A stretch of DNA of 64,000 nucleotides from Deltaproteobacteria bacterium (GCA_040218735.1 JAVJQW010000011.1:352001-416000); one strand, 5' to 3'. Positions 1 through 10,441 are shown, counted from the stretch's first letter. The notes: generated from the letters alone by a model not told the origin. Made by a program: numbers and translations.

Positions 1-2
1 GG

Positions 3-89
3 ATCCGTGATCACGACGCCGCGCGCATCGTGGTGCGTACGGGTCTCGCGCCGTTCGCCGCGGCGATTCGTTTCTGGGACGACCTTTGA
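3..89 (+). CDS. 3' end of a gene truncated by the window edge; product unknown
   Basis: Frame 3 is open from the edge (IRDHDAARIVVRTGLAPFAAAIRFWDDL) to TGA at 87-89 with GC3-rich codons. Confidence 0.45.
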   Translation: MRDHDAARIVVRTGLAPFAAAIRFWDDL

Positions 90-146
90 TTGACGCGCGA
101 TGAAGCCGTCGACTACGGCTTTTCGCGAACGCGGGGCCGAGGTCGA

Positions 147-1166
147 GTGAAACGAACGATCGCGACAGCGACGGCGGTGCTCCTCCTGGCGGGCACGGCG
201 CACGCGGAAGACGCCGTCCTCCTCACCGGCAACTATTACCTCGAGCGCAGCACGCGGGTGATCGCGCCGACGGTGTCGGTGTTCAAGGACGTCGGCGAGG
301 GGCAGGCGCGGTTCACGTACCTCGTCGACCAGATCACAAGCGCGTCGGGTGCGTTCACGGTGACGGACGAGCCCTTCTCCGAGTACCGGCAGGACCTCTC
401 GCTCAGCTACACCCACCCGTTCACGACGGCGATCGGCAAGCTGACGCCGGGGATCGGCGTGCGCTACAGCCACGAGAGCGACTACCGCTCTCACGCCGTC
501 TCCCTGCAGTCGGCGCTGGAGCTGCCGAACCGCACCACGACGCTCCAGGCGCGCGCGGACTTCCGCTACGACATCATCGGGCAACGCGCCCGCGCCGGGT
601 TCCGCGACACGCTCCACACGTTGTTCCTGTCGTTCCAGGCGACGCAGGTGCTGACGGGCCGGTGGATGGCCGGCACCGCGTTGGGCGCCGATGTCCTGCG
701 CGGGTACCAGGAGAACGTCTACCGCGTCGAACAACACCCGCGAGAACGCGAGCGATACGCGCTGACGGCGTGGACGGCGTACCGGTTCCCGTCGAAGACG
801 ACGGCGCGCGTCGAGTACACGTACGGCTTCGGGACTTGGAAGTTGAAAGGCCACACCATCGGCCTGACGGTCACGCAACAGATCCTGCCGTGGTTCGAGA
901 TCCAACCGACGATCCGCTACCACACCCAGGGCGGCGTGTTCTTCGAAGAGCTCGTCGACAACTTCATCACCACCGACCCGAAGCTGCGCGAGCTCGAGAC
1001 CGCGCTCGTCGGCGGGCAGCTGATGTTCTACCTGAGGTTCCTGAACGACACGCCGCTCGACTTCATGGCGGGTGGGCGCATCCAGCCGGCGTACTACTTC
1101 TTCCACCAAACGAACCGCTACGGTGACGCGCACATCGCGCAGCTCACGCTGTACGCGCCGTTCTGA
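147..1166 (+). CDS. DUF3570-like outer-membrane beta-barrel protein
   Basis: GTG start gives a signal peptide (KRTIATATAVLLLAGTAHA). Contains VDQITSAS, YSHESDYRS and HPRERER motifs, amphipathic strands and a C-terminal Phe. Confidence 0.7.
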   Translation: MKRTIATATAVLLLAGTAHAEDAVLLTGNYYLERSTRVIAPTVSVFKDVGEGQARFTYLVDQITSASGAFTVTDEPFSEYRQDLSLSYTHPFTTAIGKLTPGIGVRYSHESDYRSHAVSLQSALELPNRTTTLQARADFRYDIIGQRARAGFRDTLHTLFLSFQATQVLTGRWMAGTALGADVLRGYQENVYRVEQHPRERERYALTAWTAYRFPSKTTARVEYTYGFGTWKLKGHTIGLTVTQQILPWFEIQPTIRYHTQGGVFFEELVDNFITTDPKLRELETALVGGQLMFYLRFLNDTPLDFMAGGRIQPAYYFFHQTNRYGDAHIAQLTLYAPF

Positions 1167-1176
1167 AGCGGCGCCG

Positions 1177-2451
1177 ATGAGGGCCGTGCTCGCGCTCGCG
1201 GTGCTCGTCGCACCGAACGTCGCGTCCGCGACGGAGACTGCGACGGCCGCCCCCGACATCACCGCGGTCGACGTTGGCGTCACGCTCGGGCTGACCGCCA
1301 CCCTCGGTGCGCTGGTGACGTTGATGCGTCGCCCGCCGGAGCGCGGGTGGAAGGGTGACCTCCCGCTCGACCGCGTCTTCGTCGATAGCGTGACGCTCCG
1401 AAACAGCGAGACCCGCAACCAGCTCTCCCACGTGAGCGACTACCTGCAGAACGGGCTGATCCTCGCGCCGTTCGTCATGGACATCGGCGCCACCGCGCTG
1501 ATTGCGGAGCAGGACCTCGACCTCGCCGCGTCGATGTTCTTCATGGACCTCGAAGCAGTCGCCGTCGCGACCTTGTTCACGCTGGTGACGAAGCGGGCGA
1601 TCGGACGCGTCCGGCCGCTCGTCGATCCGTGCCCCGGCACGATCGATGACTTCTCGTGCCGCTCGCTCACCGGGCGCAGCGCGTTCGTGAGCGGTCACTC
1701 GGTCGCCTCCTTCGCGAGCGCGGGTCTCGTTTGCGCGCACCACGACTTCCTCGAGCTGTGGGGCGGAGGCGCGGCCGACGCCGCGGCCTGCGCGACCGCG
1801 ATCGGCCTCGCGGCGAGCACCGCGGCGCTTCGCGTGACCTCCGGCCGGCACTACATCAGCGACGTCATCGCCGGCGCGCTCGGTGGGCTCTTCGCCGGCT
1901 ACGCCGTGCCGTACCTCGCGCACTTCGCGACGCACGCACCCCGCGAGCGCATCCACGGAGCCATCGCGGTCCGCGCCGCCGCGGGTGCGATCACGAGCGG
2001 CGGCAACACCGCGCTCGCGGCGGGGATCGACGCCGCGTTCGAGCACCGCCACACGTTCGAAGCCGGCTTCACGGCGGCGCTCGGCACGAACGCCGCCGCG
2101 CTGCATGCGAGGGACGGCGGGTGGCTCCGTCGCGTCGCGCCGTACGCCGGCTTCGAGCTCGGCGGCCTCGGCGCGGGCGCGGTGCTCGACTACCGCGCAC
2201 GTCGCCTCGCGAGCGTCTCGGCCGAAGAGCTGCTCGTCGGCGCGCGCCTCTCGGCGGCCTGGCGTCGCCCCGAACACGGCGTCACCCTCGCGCTGACCTG
2301 GCTCCCGCTCGTCGACGGCGACGGGGACGACTTCACCGCGCGCGTCGACGTTGCGCTGAAGACGCACCTGTCGCTCGGTGCGGAGGTCGTGACGACGTTC
2401 GACGGTGATCACGCCGCGACGCTCGGGTTGGGGGGGCGGCTCCCGTGGTGA
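1177..2451 (+). CDS. PAP2-family phosphatase with an extra C-terminal beta-rich region
   Basis: PAP2 motifs KRAIGRVRP, FVSGHS and RVTSGRHYISDV; hydrophobic helices; ATG 10 nt after the upstream stop. Confidence 0.85.
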   Translation: MRAVLALAVLVAPNVASATETATAAPDITAVDVGVTLGLTATLGALVTLMRRPPERGWKGDLPLDRVFVDSVTLRNSETRNQLSHVSDYLQNGLILAPFVMDIGATALIAEQDLDLAASMFFMDLEAVAVATLFTLVTKRAIGRVRPLVDPCPGTIDDFSCRSLTGRSAFVSGHSVASFASAGLVCAHHDFLELWGGGAADAAACATAIGLAASTAALRVTSGRHYISDVIAGALGGLFAGYAVPYLAHFATHAPRERIHGAIAVRAAAGAITSGGNTALAAGIDAAFEHRHTFEAGFTAALGTNAAALHARDGGWLRRVAPYAGFELGGLGAGAVLDYRARRLASVSAEELLVGARLSAAWRRPEHGVTLALTWLPLVDGDGDDFTARVDVALKTHLSLGAEVVTTFDGDHAATLGLGGRLPW

Positions 2452-4766
2452 CGCCGATGATCCTGCTCGCCGTCGCGACCTCGACGAGCGGCTTCGAACA
2501 CGTCGGGCTGATCGACGCGGACTTCGTCGCCGAGCGCTCCCTCGCGTTGCTGCCGGCGACGTTCTCGGTGTCCAGCACCTTCGAACAGATCGCGGGCCCC
2601 GCCGTCGTGCTCGTGGAGGAGAGCGGCGGGTTCTCCGACGTGGACCCCGAGAAGGTCGCGATCTACGGCGACTCTTGGACGTCGACGCGGTGGTTCGTCG
2701 ACGGCTTCGACGTCTCCGACCCGCTCTTCGACGGCGCGTCGGCGTTCCACGTCCCGGCGCTCGCGACGCGGCGCCTCACGCTGCGCTTCGAAGAGAACCC
2801 CCGCGTGCAGCGACGCCAAGGGGTGTCGTGGACGACCGGCGTCACGCGCGCCGCGAGCGCGCTGGTCACCACCGGCGACGCGGGCGGGAGGTTCCCCTTC
2901 GCCTACCCGATCATGGACGTGTTCTCCGGCCGCCACGCCCGCGAGCGCACGCCCCCGCCGACCGAGGAGCGCCGGCAGTACGGCCCGTCGTTCCGGCTGG
3001 AGCTCACGGAGGACGTCACGCTGGACGGCGGACACCTCGCGGTCGCCGCGCACGTGTCGCGACTGGAGCGTCGCTACCTCGACTTCGCGTGGGACGGCGC
3101 GCTGAACGGCATCGTCCCCGAGCAGGCGACCCGCGCCTCGGCGCTCGCGATCTATCGCCCCGACCATGGCCGCTACACCGTGCACGGCCTCGCGGAGATC
3201 GACGCGCGGGATCGGCTCTTCGCCGAGGTCGGTCACCAGCCGCGTGAGAGCTCGCGGCTCGATCGCTTCGCGACGATGCTCGGCGTCGCGTTCGACGGAG
3301 GCCACGTCGGCCTCACCATCGCGCGTTACGACGTGCGCGCGCAGGACCGCGACTTCGCGCGCGACATCGTCGACCCCGACGGGGAGGCGTTGTTCCCGTT
3401 CGAGCCCGACGGCACGACGACCGCCGCGCGGCTCGCGTTCGCGTACGAACGCGGCGCGTTCTACGCGTGGGGTGAAGAGCGCGCGTTGTTCTGGTCGCCG
3501 CACGTCGATGCGTGGTCACAGCCGCTCACGTTCCAGGGCGCGCCGTACGGTCGGTGGGACTTCTCGACACGCGACACGGCGCAGCTGATCGGCGACCACC
3601 GCCTCGGCGTGCGGGGCGCCGCGAACGACGGGCTCCTCACCGCGACCTACGATCTGTTCGTCGCGAACCAACACGCGGTGAACCGCTCCGGACGCAACGC
3701 GCTCGCGTTCGTGGACTTCGGCGTGAAGGCCTCGTTGTCCCTCGGCGGCCTAGGCGCCGTGCGCCCCTTCGCGACGATCGCCAAGACGCCGATGCCCATC
3801 ACCGTGCAGGTCGCGCGCGCGCTGGACCCGGCCTACCTCGCCGCGCGGCAGACGCTGAACGACGGCAGCACCGTCGAGGACGTCGGAGGGCGCTTCGTCT
3901 CGCTCGACGACCGCCTCTCGGGCCCGAACGTCTACCGAGCGGGACTCGGGCTCGACATCGGGATCTCGGAGCACTTCCGCTTCGGGGCGCAGGGGCTCTT
4001 CAAGCTGTTCCGCGGCTACTTTCGGCTGGACTACGACGGCGCCCCGGAGCGCTACGGAGACTTCGACGGCAACGTCTTCCACTCGAACGAACGCGAAAAG
4101 CGCTACCTGCTCACCAACCCGAACGACGACTACCCGGTGTACTTCGCGCTGCACCTCGACGCCTCCACGCGCGGCTACGAGCGCTTCTTCTTCTCCGCCG
4201 CGTTCGCCGCGTACAACGCGGTCGGCACGACCACGTTCGGGAACGGCCCGACCGCGAACGACGTCGGCGTGATCAGCGCGCTCGGCGCGAGCCCCAACGC
4301 GAGGCGCCTCGGCCTCGCCGCGCTCGACCTCGACCGTGCGTTCATCCTGGAGGTCGCCGCCGCATGGTCACCGATCGACGACCTGTGGCTCTCCGCGAGC
4401 GTTCGCCACCGCGACGGACAACCGTTCAGCTTCCTCGACGTCAACGAACGCGACGACGGGCGGGTCGCCCTCACCTACCACAGCAACCGGGGCTCGCCGT
4501 ACCAGTACCAGCGCCCGCTCGCCGGGCCGCGCGAGGACTTCCACCTCGGCGCCGACGTCCAGATCACCTACGCGATCGACGCCGGCGAAGAGTCGGTGGA
4601 GCTGTGGCTCCTCGCCGCGAACCTCTTCGACATGGACAACGAGATCCACGAGGTGAACGGCCCCGCCGGCATCGACGGCCGCGCCGCGCTGGAGACTCAG
4701 CTCCCGCGCTCGCTGCACTTCGGCGTCACCGTCCGACCTCAGGGCTCGGGCGGCGTGAGCCGGTGA
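2445..4766 (+). CDS. TonB-dependent-receptor-like outer-membrane protein
   Basis: 773 aa; plug-like WFVDGFDVSDP; alternating beta-strands; C-terminal NLFD...PRSLHFGVTV; overlaps the upstream stop. Confidence 0.65.
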   Translation: MVTPMILLAVATSTSGFEHVGLIDADFVAERSLALLPATFSVSSTFEQIAGPAVVLVEESGGFSDVDPEKVAIYGDSWTSTRWFVDGFDVSDPLFDGASAFHVPALATRRLTLRFEENPRVQRRQGVSWTTGVTRAASALVTTGDAGGRFPFAYPIMDVFSGRHARERTPPPTEERRQYGPSFRLELTEDVTLDGGHLAVAAHVSRLERRYLDFAWDGALNGIVPEQATRASALAIYRPDHGRYTVHGLAEIDARDRLFAEVGHQPRESSRLDRFATMLGVAFDGGHVGLTIARYDVRAQDRDFARDIVDPDGEALFPFEPDGTTTAARLAFAYERGAFYAWGEERALFWSPHVDAWSQPLTFQGAPYGRWDFSTRDTAQLIGDHRLGVRGAANDGLLTATYDLFVANQHAVNRSGRNALAFVDFGVKASLSLGGLGAVRPFATIAKTPMPITVQVARALDPAYLAARQTLNDGSTVEDVGGRFVSLDDRLSGPNVYRAGLGLDIGISEHFRFGAQGLFKLFRGYFRLDYDGAPERYGDFDGNVFHSNEREKRYLLTNPNDDYPVYFALHLDASTRGYERFFFSAAFAAYNAVGTTTFGNGPTANDVGVISALGASPNARRLGLAALDLDRAFILEVAAAWSPIDDLWLSASVRHRDGQPFSFLDVNERDDGRVALTYHSNRGSPYQYQRPLAGPREDFHLGADVQITYAIDAGEESVELWLLAANLFDMDNEIHEVNGPAGIDGRAALETQLPRSLHFGVTVRPQGSGGVSR

Positions 4767-6784
4767 TAACGCCCGGCGAGGTGATCCTCGAGCCACACGT
4801 CGTAGCTCGCGTCGAAGCGTGACCCGTCGATGCCGCCGGGGAGCGTCGTGTACGCGCAGTCCTCGCCAAGGTCGGTGACGAACCGATACGCCGGCCCCAC
4901 CGCGATCGTCGCGCCGTCGATGTTCACGAGGTCGCCCTGCTGCACCGTCGCCATCGAGCCCTCCAGCGGGAACGGACCGCGGTCGAAGCCGAGCGCCTTC
5001 GGGAGCCCGCCGAGCACGAGGTTCTTCAGGTCCAGCCGCTGGACGTCCCCCCACCGCGCAGGGACGGCGTGTTGCACACCTTCGAGTCGCTCCGCGATCT
5101 GCGGGCCGACCGCGGACCACACGGCGTCGTCGGTCAGCGCGCGGTCGAGCGCGTTGGACCACCAGATGCGCGCCTCGGTCGTGTCGAGCTGCTGTTCGAA
5201 CCACGCGCCGCCGAGGCCGGACGCCAGGCCGCGGAGCGCGGCGCGGTACACGATCTCGAACGCGTGCGCACCCGTCGATCCCGCGCGATACTCGAGGTCC
5301 CACGCGGCGAGCGCCCGCGAAAGGTGGCCCTCGGGCAGCAACGCGAGCAGCCGCGGCCGTAGCCGTTCTGCCTGCCGCGAAAAGAGGTCACGCTGGATCC
5401 TCTGCATCGAGGCGAGGTCGTGTTCGTCGTGCACGGCGAGCAGCGCGCGGATGCGATCGCGGCGGTAGGTCGCGAGGCCGAACGTCGACAGCACACCGCC
5501 GTCGGGGGCGCGCCGCGCTTCGTTGGCGCTCACCACCATTCCATTCAGTGGAGGCGCACTCGGGAGCGCCGCGCCGGTGTAGAAGCCTTCCCAGTCGTGC
5601 TCGGGGTTCGTCGCCGGGTACAGGCCCGACCACCCGCCGGTGCGGCGCGGGATACAGCCGACCTGTTTGTAACGAACGCCACCGCTTCGGTCGGCGAGGA
5701 CGAAGTGCAGGCTCAGCGTGTGCGCCCCCTCCAACGCGCGCTCGGCGGCGGCCACCGAGTCCGCCTCCAGCAGCGCGAAGTACGCGTCGATGGCTTCCTC
5801 GGGGCGCTCGCACCCCGACCACCGCACGGCGCGGGTCGGCGTGTCCGGCGCGTCGAGGAGGCCGCGCGGGGTCTCGTGCAACTCGAGTTGCAACGGAGGG
5901 AGGCCCCGACGCTCGATCTCGGCGGTGCGCGTCTCGAACTCACCCGCCTCGACGAACGCGTCGACGTTGTCCGCCACCGCAAACGTTCCGCTCCACGCGA
6001 CGTTTCGGTTGCGGCCCACCGCGACGCTCGGGAGCCCGGGGATGGTCGCGCCGATCCAGTAGTCGTTCGGAAGACGGACGCCTATCTCGAAGAACAACGC
6101 GGGGAGCTGCCCGATCGCGAGGTGCGGATCCCCGGCGAGGATCGCGCGCCCCTCGCGGGTCTTCGACGGCGCCAACGCCCAGGCGTTGCTGCCCCCCGTC
6201 GCGCCGACTCCGGCGGAACGGGAACCGAGGTGAAGCGACCGCAACCGCTCCGGCGACCAGCCATCAAGGTGCGGATCGAACATACGCTCCAGCAACGGTA
6301 TCGATGCGCCGGCCTGCACCGCCTCCACGAGGAGCCGCTCCATCCGGTTCTGCCCCTCGGCGAGCCCGAGGTACGCCGACAGGAGCAGACCGGACATCAG
6401 CGTCTCCACGTCGGGCGGCGGGAAACGCGCGAGGAGGAGGCGGAGCTCGAACGGGAGCCCTCCTTGCTCGACCCCCTCCGCGAACCCGGCGAGGTACGCG
6501 CGCACCTTCTCGAGGCTCGGTCGCGAGATGCGCGCCGCCGCCTCCCGACCGCGCCGTATCAGATCGAGTCGGTGCGCGGTGGTGTCCAGGTGCAGCAGGG
6601 CCGGCGCGGGCGCGACCGTCTTCGCGAGCGCTCCGCGCCCCGCGGTGTACAGGAGCAGCGCCTGGAGCGGCCGGTGCCGACCGTGCAACACGCCCATCCC
6701 CCACAGCGCGTCCACCGACGACGCCGCGACGACCCCGGGGGATCCTCGATCGTCGCGAACGAGCCGAGCGCGCACGTCTCGCAC
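4739..6784 (-). CDS. Penicillin acylase family Ntn-hydrolase
   Basis: GSNAWALAP...ILAGDPHL autoprocessing motif; VVSANE; LPGGIDG near the C-terminus. Start moved to GTG 6784 to avoid overlap with the divergent gene. Confidence 0.88.
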   Translation of the reverse strand: MRDVRARLVRDDRGSPGVVAASSVDALWGMGVLHGRHRPLQALLLYTAGRGALAKTVAPAPALLHLDTTAHRLDLIRRGREAAARISRPSLEKVRAYLAGFAEGVEQGGLPFELRLLLARFPPPDVETLMSGLLLSAYLGLAEGQNRMERLLVEAVQAGASIPLLERMFDPHLDGWSPERLRSLHLGSRSAGVGATGGSNAWALAPSKTREGRAILAGDPHLAIGQLPALFFEIGVRLPNDYWIGATIPGLPSVAVGRNRNVAWSGTFAVADNVDAFVEAGEFETRTAEIERRGLPPLQLELHETPRGLLDAPDTPTRAVRWSGCERPEEAIDAYFALLEADSVAAAERALEGAHTLSLHFVLADRSGGVRYKQVGCIPRRTGGWSGLYPATNPEHDWEGFYTGAALPSAPPLNGMVVSANEARRAPDGGVLSTFGLATYRRDRIRALLAVHDEHDLASMQRIQRDLFSRQAERLRPRLLALLPEGHLSRALAAWDLEYRAGSTGAHAFEIVYRAALRGLASGLGGAWFEQQLDTTEARIWWSNALDRALTDDAVWSAVGPQIAERLEGVQHAVPARWGDVQRLDLKNLVLGGLPKALGFDRGPFPLEGSMATVQQGDLVNIDGATIAVGPAYRFVTDLGEDCAYTTLPGGIDGSRFDASYDVWLEDHLAGRYHRLTPPEP

Positions 6785-6842
6785 CAGAACACGGGGCGAG
6801 CACGACCTCAACGCCGGCGTCCACCTACCGATCTGTTGGGCG

Positions 6843-8093
6843 ATGTCTCGCGTGACGCGTAGGGGGTTCCTGGCGGGGGCTGCGTCCCTCGTGGCGGCGC
6901 CCACGGTGTGGGCGAAGAAGAAGTTCTCGCTCCGAGTCCTCGGGACCCACGTCACGTTGCAGGAGCCGCTCCGCGTCCAGGCGCAGAAGGACCTCGGAAT
7001 CGACCTGACGTTCGAACCCGGCGGGAGCGCGAGTGTCCTCCTGCGCGCGTCGACGCGGCCGGAGTCGTTCGACCTCTACGAGCAGTGGTCCAACAGCATC
7101 AACGTGCTGTGGGACGCGCGTTCCATTCAAGCGATCGACCGCCGACGCATCGAGTACTGGGACGACGTCAACGACCTCGCCAAGACCGGGCGACTCACGA
7201 GCAACGCGTCCTACGGACGAGGCGACGCACCCTACAAGATGCTCTACGTTCAACGCGACGGTCGGCTCGGGTCCGACGCTACGAACCGGTTGAGCTTCCT
7301 CCCGTACGTCCACAACGTGGACTCGTTCGGCTACGACACCTCGAAGATCGAACGCGGCGTCCCCTACAAGACGGAGAGCTGGGGCTGGCTCTTCGACGAA
7401 CGTCACCGCGGACGCGTCGCGCTGGTCAACGCACCGACGATCGGGTTGTTCGACGCGGTCCTCGCGGCCGAAGCCTCGGGCCGCATGAAGTTCGGTGACA
7501 TCGGCGCGGTCACGCGCGCCGAGCTCGACGAGCTCTTCGGACACCTCATCGACCTGGGCCGCGCCGGCCACTTCCGCGGCGTATGGAGCTCGGTCCCACA
7601 GTCCGTGGACTTCATGGCGCGCGACGAGGTCGTGGTCGAGAGCATGTTCTCGCCGGGCGTCGCAGCGCTCAACGGCCGCGGCATCCCGTGTGTCTACGCC
7701 GCGCCCAAGGAGGGCTACCGCGCGTGGCACGGGGTCATGTGTCTCTCCGCCGCCGCCCACGGACCGACGCGCGACGCCGCGTACGCGTATATGAACTGGT
7801 GGCTCTCCGGTTGGCCCGGCGCGTTCATCGCCCGGCAGGGCTACTACATCTCGACGCCGATGCGGTCGCGCCCGTTCCTCTCCAACGACGAGTGGGCCTA
7901 CTGGTACGGCGGCGAGCCCGCGCGCACGGGGCTCGCCAACACCAAGGGTGAGGTCGCCGTCCCTGTCGGCACGCGCCGCAACGGCGGTTCCTACGAACAG
8001 CGTTTCTCGAACATCGCGGTCTGGAACACCGTGATGGACACCTACGAGTACAGCCTCCAGCGCTGGGGCGAGTTCTTGATGGCGATGGAGTGA
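6843..8093 (+). CDS. Tat-exported solute-binding protein, PotD/PotF-like
   Basis: Twin-arginine signal MSRVTRRGFLAG; SWGWLFD..HRGRVAL, PKEGYRAW and AYAYMNWWL resemble polyamine-binding-type proteins. Confidence 0.8.
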   Translation: MSRVTRRGFLAGAASLVAAPTVWAKKKFSLRVLGTHVTLQEPLRVQAQKDLGIDLTFEPGGSASVLLRASTRPESFDLYEQWSNSINVLWDARSIQAIDRRRIEYWDDVNDLAKTGRLTSNASYGRGDAPYKMLYVQRDGRLGSDATNRLSFLPYVHNVDSFGYDTSKIERGVPYKTESWGWLFDERHRGRVALVNAPTIGLFDAVLAAEASGRMKFGDIGAVTRAELDELFGHLIDLGRAGHFRGVWSSVPQSVDFMARDEVVVESMFSPGVAALNGRGIPCVYAAPKEGYRAWHGVMCLSAAAHGPTRDAAYAYMNWWLSGWPGAFIARQGYYISTPMRSRPFLSNDEWAYWYGGEPARTGLANTKGEVAVPVGTRRNGGSYEQRFSNIAVWNTVMDTYEYSLQRWGEFLMAME

Positions 8094-9955
8094 GGGACGT
8101 GGGGAGCTGGCTCGTTCGTCAGGCGGGGACCTCGCTGCGACTCCGCCTCCTGTCGGCGTTTGCGCTCGCGGCGATCGCGCTCCTCACGGTCAGCGCTCTG
8201 GCGCTGCTCGCGCTCGACGACATGCGCGCGGGCGGTAAGAAGATGGCCGCAGCGCAGCAGCGCGCGTCGGCGGTGATCGAGCTGTCGCGCTCGGTGGTGG
8301 AGCTGCAACGCAACGTTCAACTCTACAGTCACACCGGACACAGCGCGGTCATCGGACGCGTGGAAGCGAACCTGAACGACGTCCACGGCGAGCTCGTCGC
8401 GCTCCGCGGCGTCGAAGACGACGAACGGGTCGAACGCATCCTCGCGCACCTCGAGCTCTACCGATCGACCTTCGAGCTCGCGGTCGACGAGCGCGGCGTA
8501 CGCAACCGACTCGTGCGCACCGAGCGACCCGAGACCTCCGCCGCGCTGCGCTACGCGCTCGAGCGCCACCGCGCCGAGGTCGGCCCCGCCGCGCGCGAGG
8601 TGCAGTCGCTCGCGATCCTGATCGACAACGACGTGCTGGCCTACCTCGACGACCCCGACTACACCGCGGTCCGGCGCGTCGCCGACCGCACCTCCGAAGC
8701 CATCGCAACGCTGGAGGCCATCGTCCCGGTGTCGGCCGAGCGTTCCCGGACGATCGCGCTGCTCCGTGCTTCGGAGGCGCAGTTCTCGCGCATCGCGCAG
8801 GCGACGCGCGGCTACCTCTACCTCACCAACGTCGTCATGGCGGCCGAAGCGCGCGAGCTCACGTACGTCGCCGAGCGGCTACGCCGCGACACCCTCGCCG
8901 ACGCGGAACGCATCACCCGCGACATCGACGTTGGCATCGCAGGCACGCGCCGCCGCACGATCGTGAGCGTCGCGCTCGCCATCATCCTCGGCCTGCTCGT
9001 GTCGGCGTATACGGCTTCGTCCGTGTCGAGGCCAATCGCGTCGCTCACGGAGACGTTCCGGCGCCTCGCCGCGGGGGACGAGTCGGCGCGCGTCCCGTTC
9101 ACGGAGCGCTCCGACGAGATCGGTGTGATGGCGCGTGCGGCGGCGGTGTTCCAGAGCAAGAACCAACAGACCGAGACGTTGCTCGCGCAGGCCCGCGATC
9201 TGACGGAGGCGCTGCAGGCGAACCGCGGGAAGCTCGAGCGGACCAACGAGGAGCTCGAGCAGTTCGTGCACACCGTCTCCCACGACCTGAAGTCACCGAT
9301 CGTCACCACGTCGGGGTTCATTCAGATCATGGAAGAGGAGATCGAAGACGGAAACTTCGAAGCCGCCGCGCTGCACCTCCCCCGCCTCGCGAGCGCGAAC
9401 CGTCGAATGAAGCTGCTCGTCGAGGATCTCCTGGACCTCAGCCGCGTCGGTCGTATCGACACCGAGCTCGCGACGGTCGACCTCGACGACGTCGTGACCG
9501 AGGTCGTCGCCGGACTCGACGGCCAGATTCGCGACGATCACGTGCGGATCGAGGTCGGCCCGCTCCCGACCGTGGACGGGAACGCCTCGCGCCTGACGCA
9601 GGTGTTCGACAATCTCATCACGAACGCCATCAAGTACGGGCGCAGAGACGACGGCGTGCAGATCGAGGTCGGCGCGCGGCACGACGACGACGGCTTCCTG
9701 CTGTTCGTCCGCGACGACGGACACGGCATTCAGGAGCAGTTCCACGACCGCGTGTTCAAGCTGTTCCAGCGGCTCGACACCAAACCGGAAGGCACCGGCA
9801 TCGGCCTTTCGATCGTGCAGAAGATCGTGAAGTCACACGGCGGGCGTATCTGGATCGACTCGAAGGGGGACGACACCGGGTGCACCTTCTGGGTTCATCT
9901 CCCGGCGCGGCGTGAGGCCCCGTTGCCCTTCGACTCGCTTCATGACAACGCGTAG
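8090..9955 (+). CDS. HAMP-domain sensor histidine kinase
   Basis: Two TM helices, HAMP (ERSDEIGVMARA), H-box VSHDLKSP, NLITNAIKY, DDGHGI, GTGIGLS; GTGA overlap with the upstream gene. Confidence 0.95.
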   Translation: MRDVGSWLVRQAGTSLRLRLLSAFALAAIALLTVSALALLALDDMRAGGKKMAAAQQRASAVIELSRSVVELQRNVQLYSHTGHSAVIGRVEANLNDVHGELVALRGVEDDERVERILAHLELYRSTFELAVDERGVRNRLVRTERPETSAALRYALERHRAEVGPAAREVQSLAILIDNDVLAYLDDPDYTAVRRVADRTSEAIATLEAIVPVSAERSRTIALLRASEAQFSRIAQATRGYLYLTNVVMAAEARELTYVAERLRRDTLADAERITRDIDVGIAGTRRRTIVSVALAIILGLLVSAYTASSVSRPIASLTETFRRLAAGDESARVPFTERSDEIGVMARAAAVFQSKNQQTETLLAQARDLTEALQANRGKLERTNEELEQFVHTVSHDLKSPIVTTSGFIQIMEEEIEDGNFEAAALHLPRLASANRRMKLLVEDLLDLSRVGRIDTELATVDLDDVVTEVVAGLDGQIRDDHVRIEVGPLPTVDGNASRLTQVFDNLITNAIKYGRRDDGVQIEVGARHDDDGFLLFVRDDGHGIQEQFHDRVFKLFQRLDTKPEGTGIGLSIVQKIVKSHGGRIWIDSKGDDTGCTFWVHLPARREAPLPFDSLHDNA

Positions 9956-9958
9956 GGG

Positions 9959-10414
9959 GTGCGCCGCCTCGCCCTCGCCCTCGTCCTCGTCCTCGGGTGC
10001 ACCCAACGAAGCGAAGAGAAGGTCGAGCCGAAGACCCCCGACGCCGGACCGCTCGCAGAGCCCATCGAGCTCCCGTGGACCGGTGGCCTTCCGCTCCTGA
10101 CGAACGTGGCGCCCGAGCCCGAGAGTTACGCGAAGGCGGTCGTGAAGTACCGGACCGCCACCACGGCGATCGCACACGGTGATCTCGAAGGCGGGACGAA
10201 GGCGCTCCTCGAGACCGCGAAGGGGATGCGTCTCCCGGACGAGCACCCGCACAAGAAGACCTACGACGCCGCGCGGTGCATCCTCTACCAAAACGCAGCG
10301 GCGACGTGGGGCGCCGCGAAGCAGCCCGACGTCGCCAAGAAGAGACTGACGGCCATCAAGGCCGAAGACCCGGCGTGTGGGGCGTCCATCGACTACGCGC
10401 TCGGTCGCTTGTAG
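9959..10414 (+). CDS. Hypothetical lipoprotein
   Basis: Lipobox LVLGC after a hydrophobic stretch; starts 3 nt after the kinase stop. Confidence 0.7.
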   Translation: MRRLALALVLVLGCTQRSEEKVEPKTPDAGPLAEPIELPWTGGLPLLTNVAPEPESYAKAVVKYRTATTAIAHGDLEGGTKALLETAKGMRLPDEHPHKKTYDAARCILYQNAAATWGAAKQPDVAKKRLTAIKAEDPACGASIDYALGRL

Positions 10415-10441
10415 CCGTCGACGCCCCACACACCTTCGACA

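Noticed and set aside
6528-6955. Apparent 428-nt head-to-head overlap of the acylase and binding-protein ORFs
   Set aside because: It disappears with starts at GTG 6784 (minus) and ATG 6843 (plus, Tat signal).
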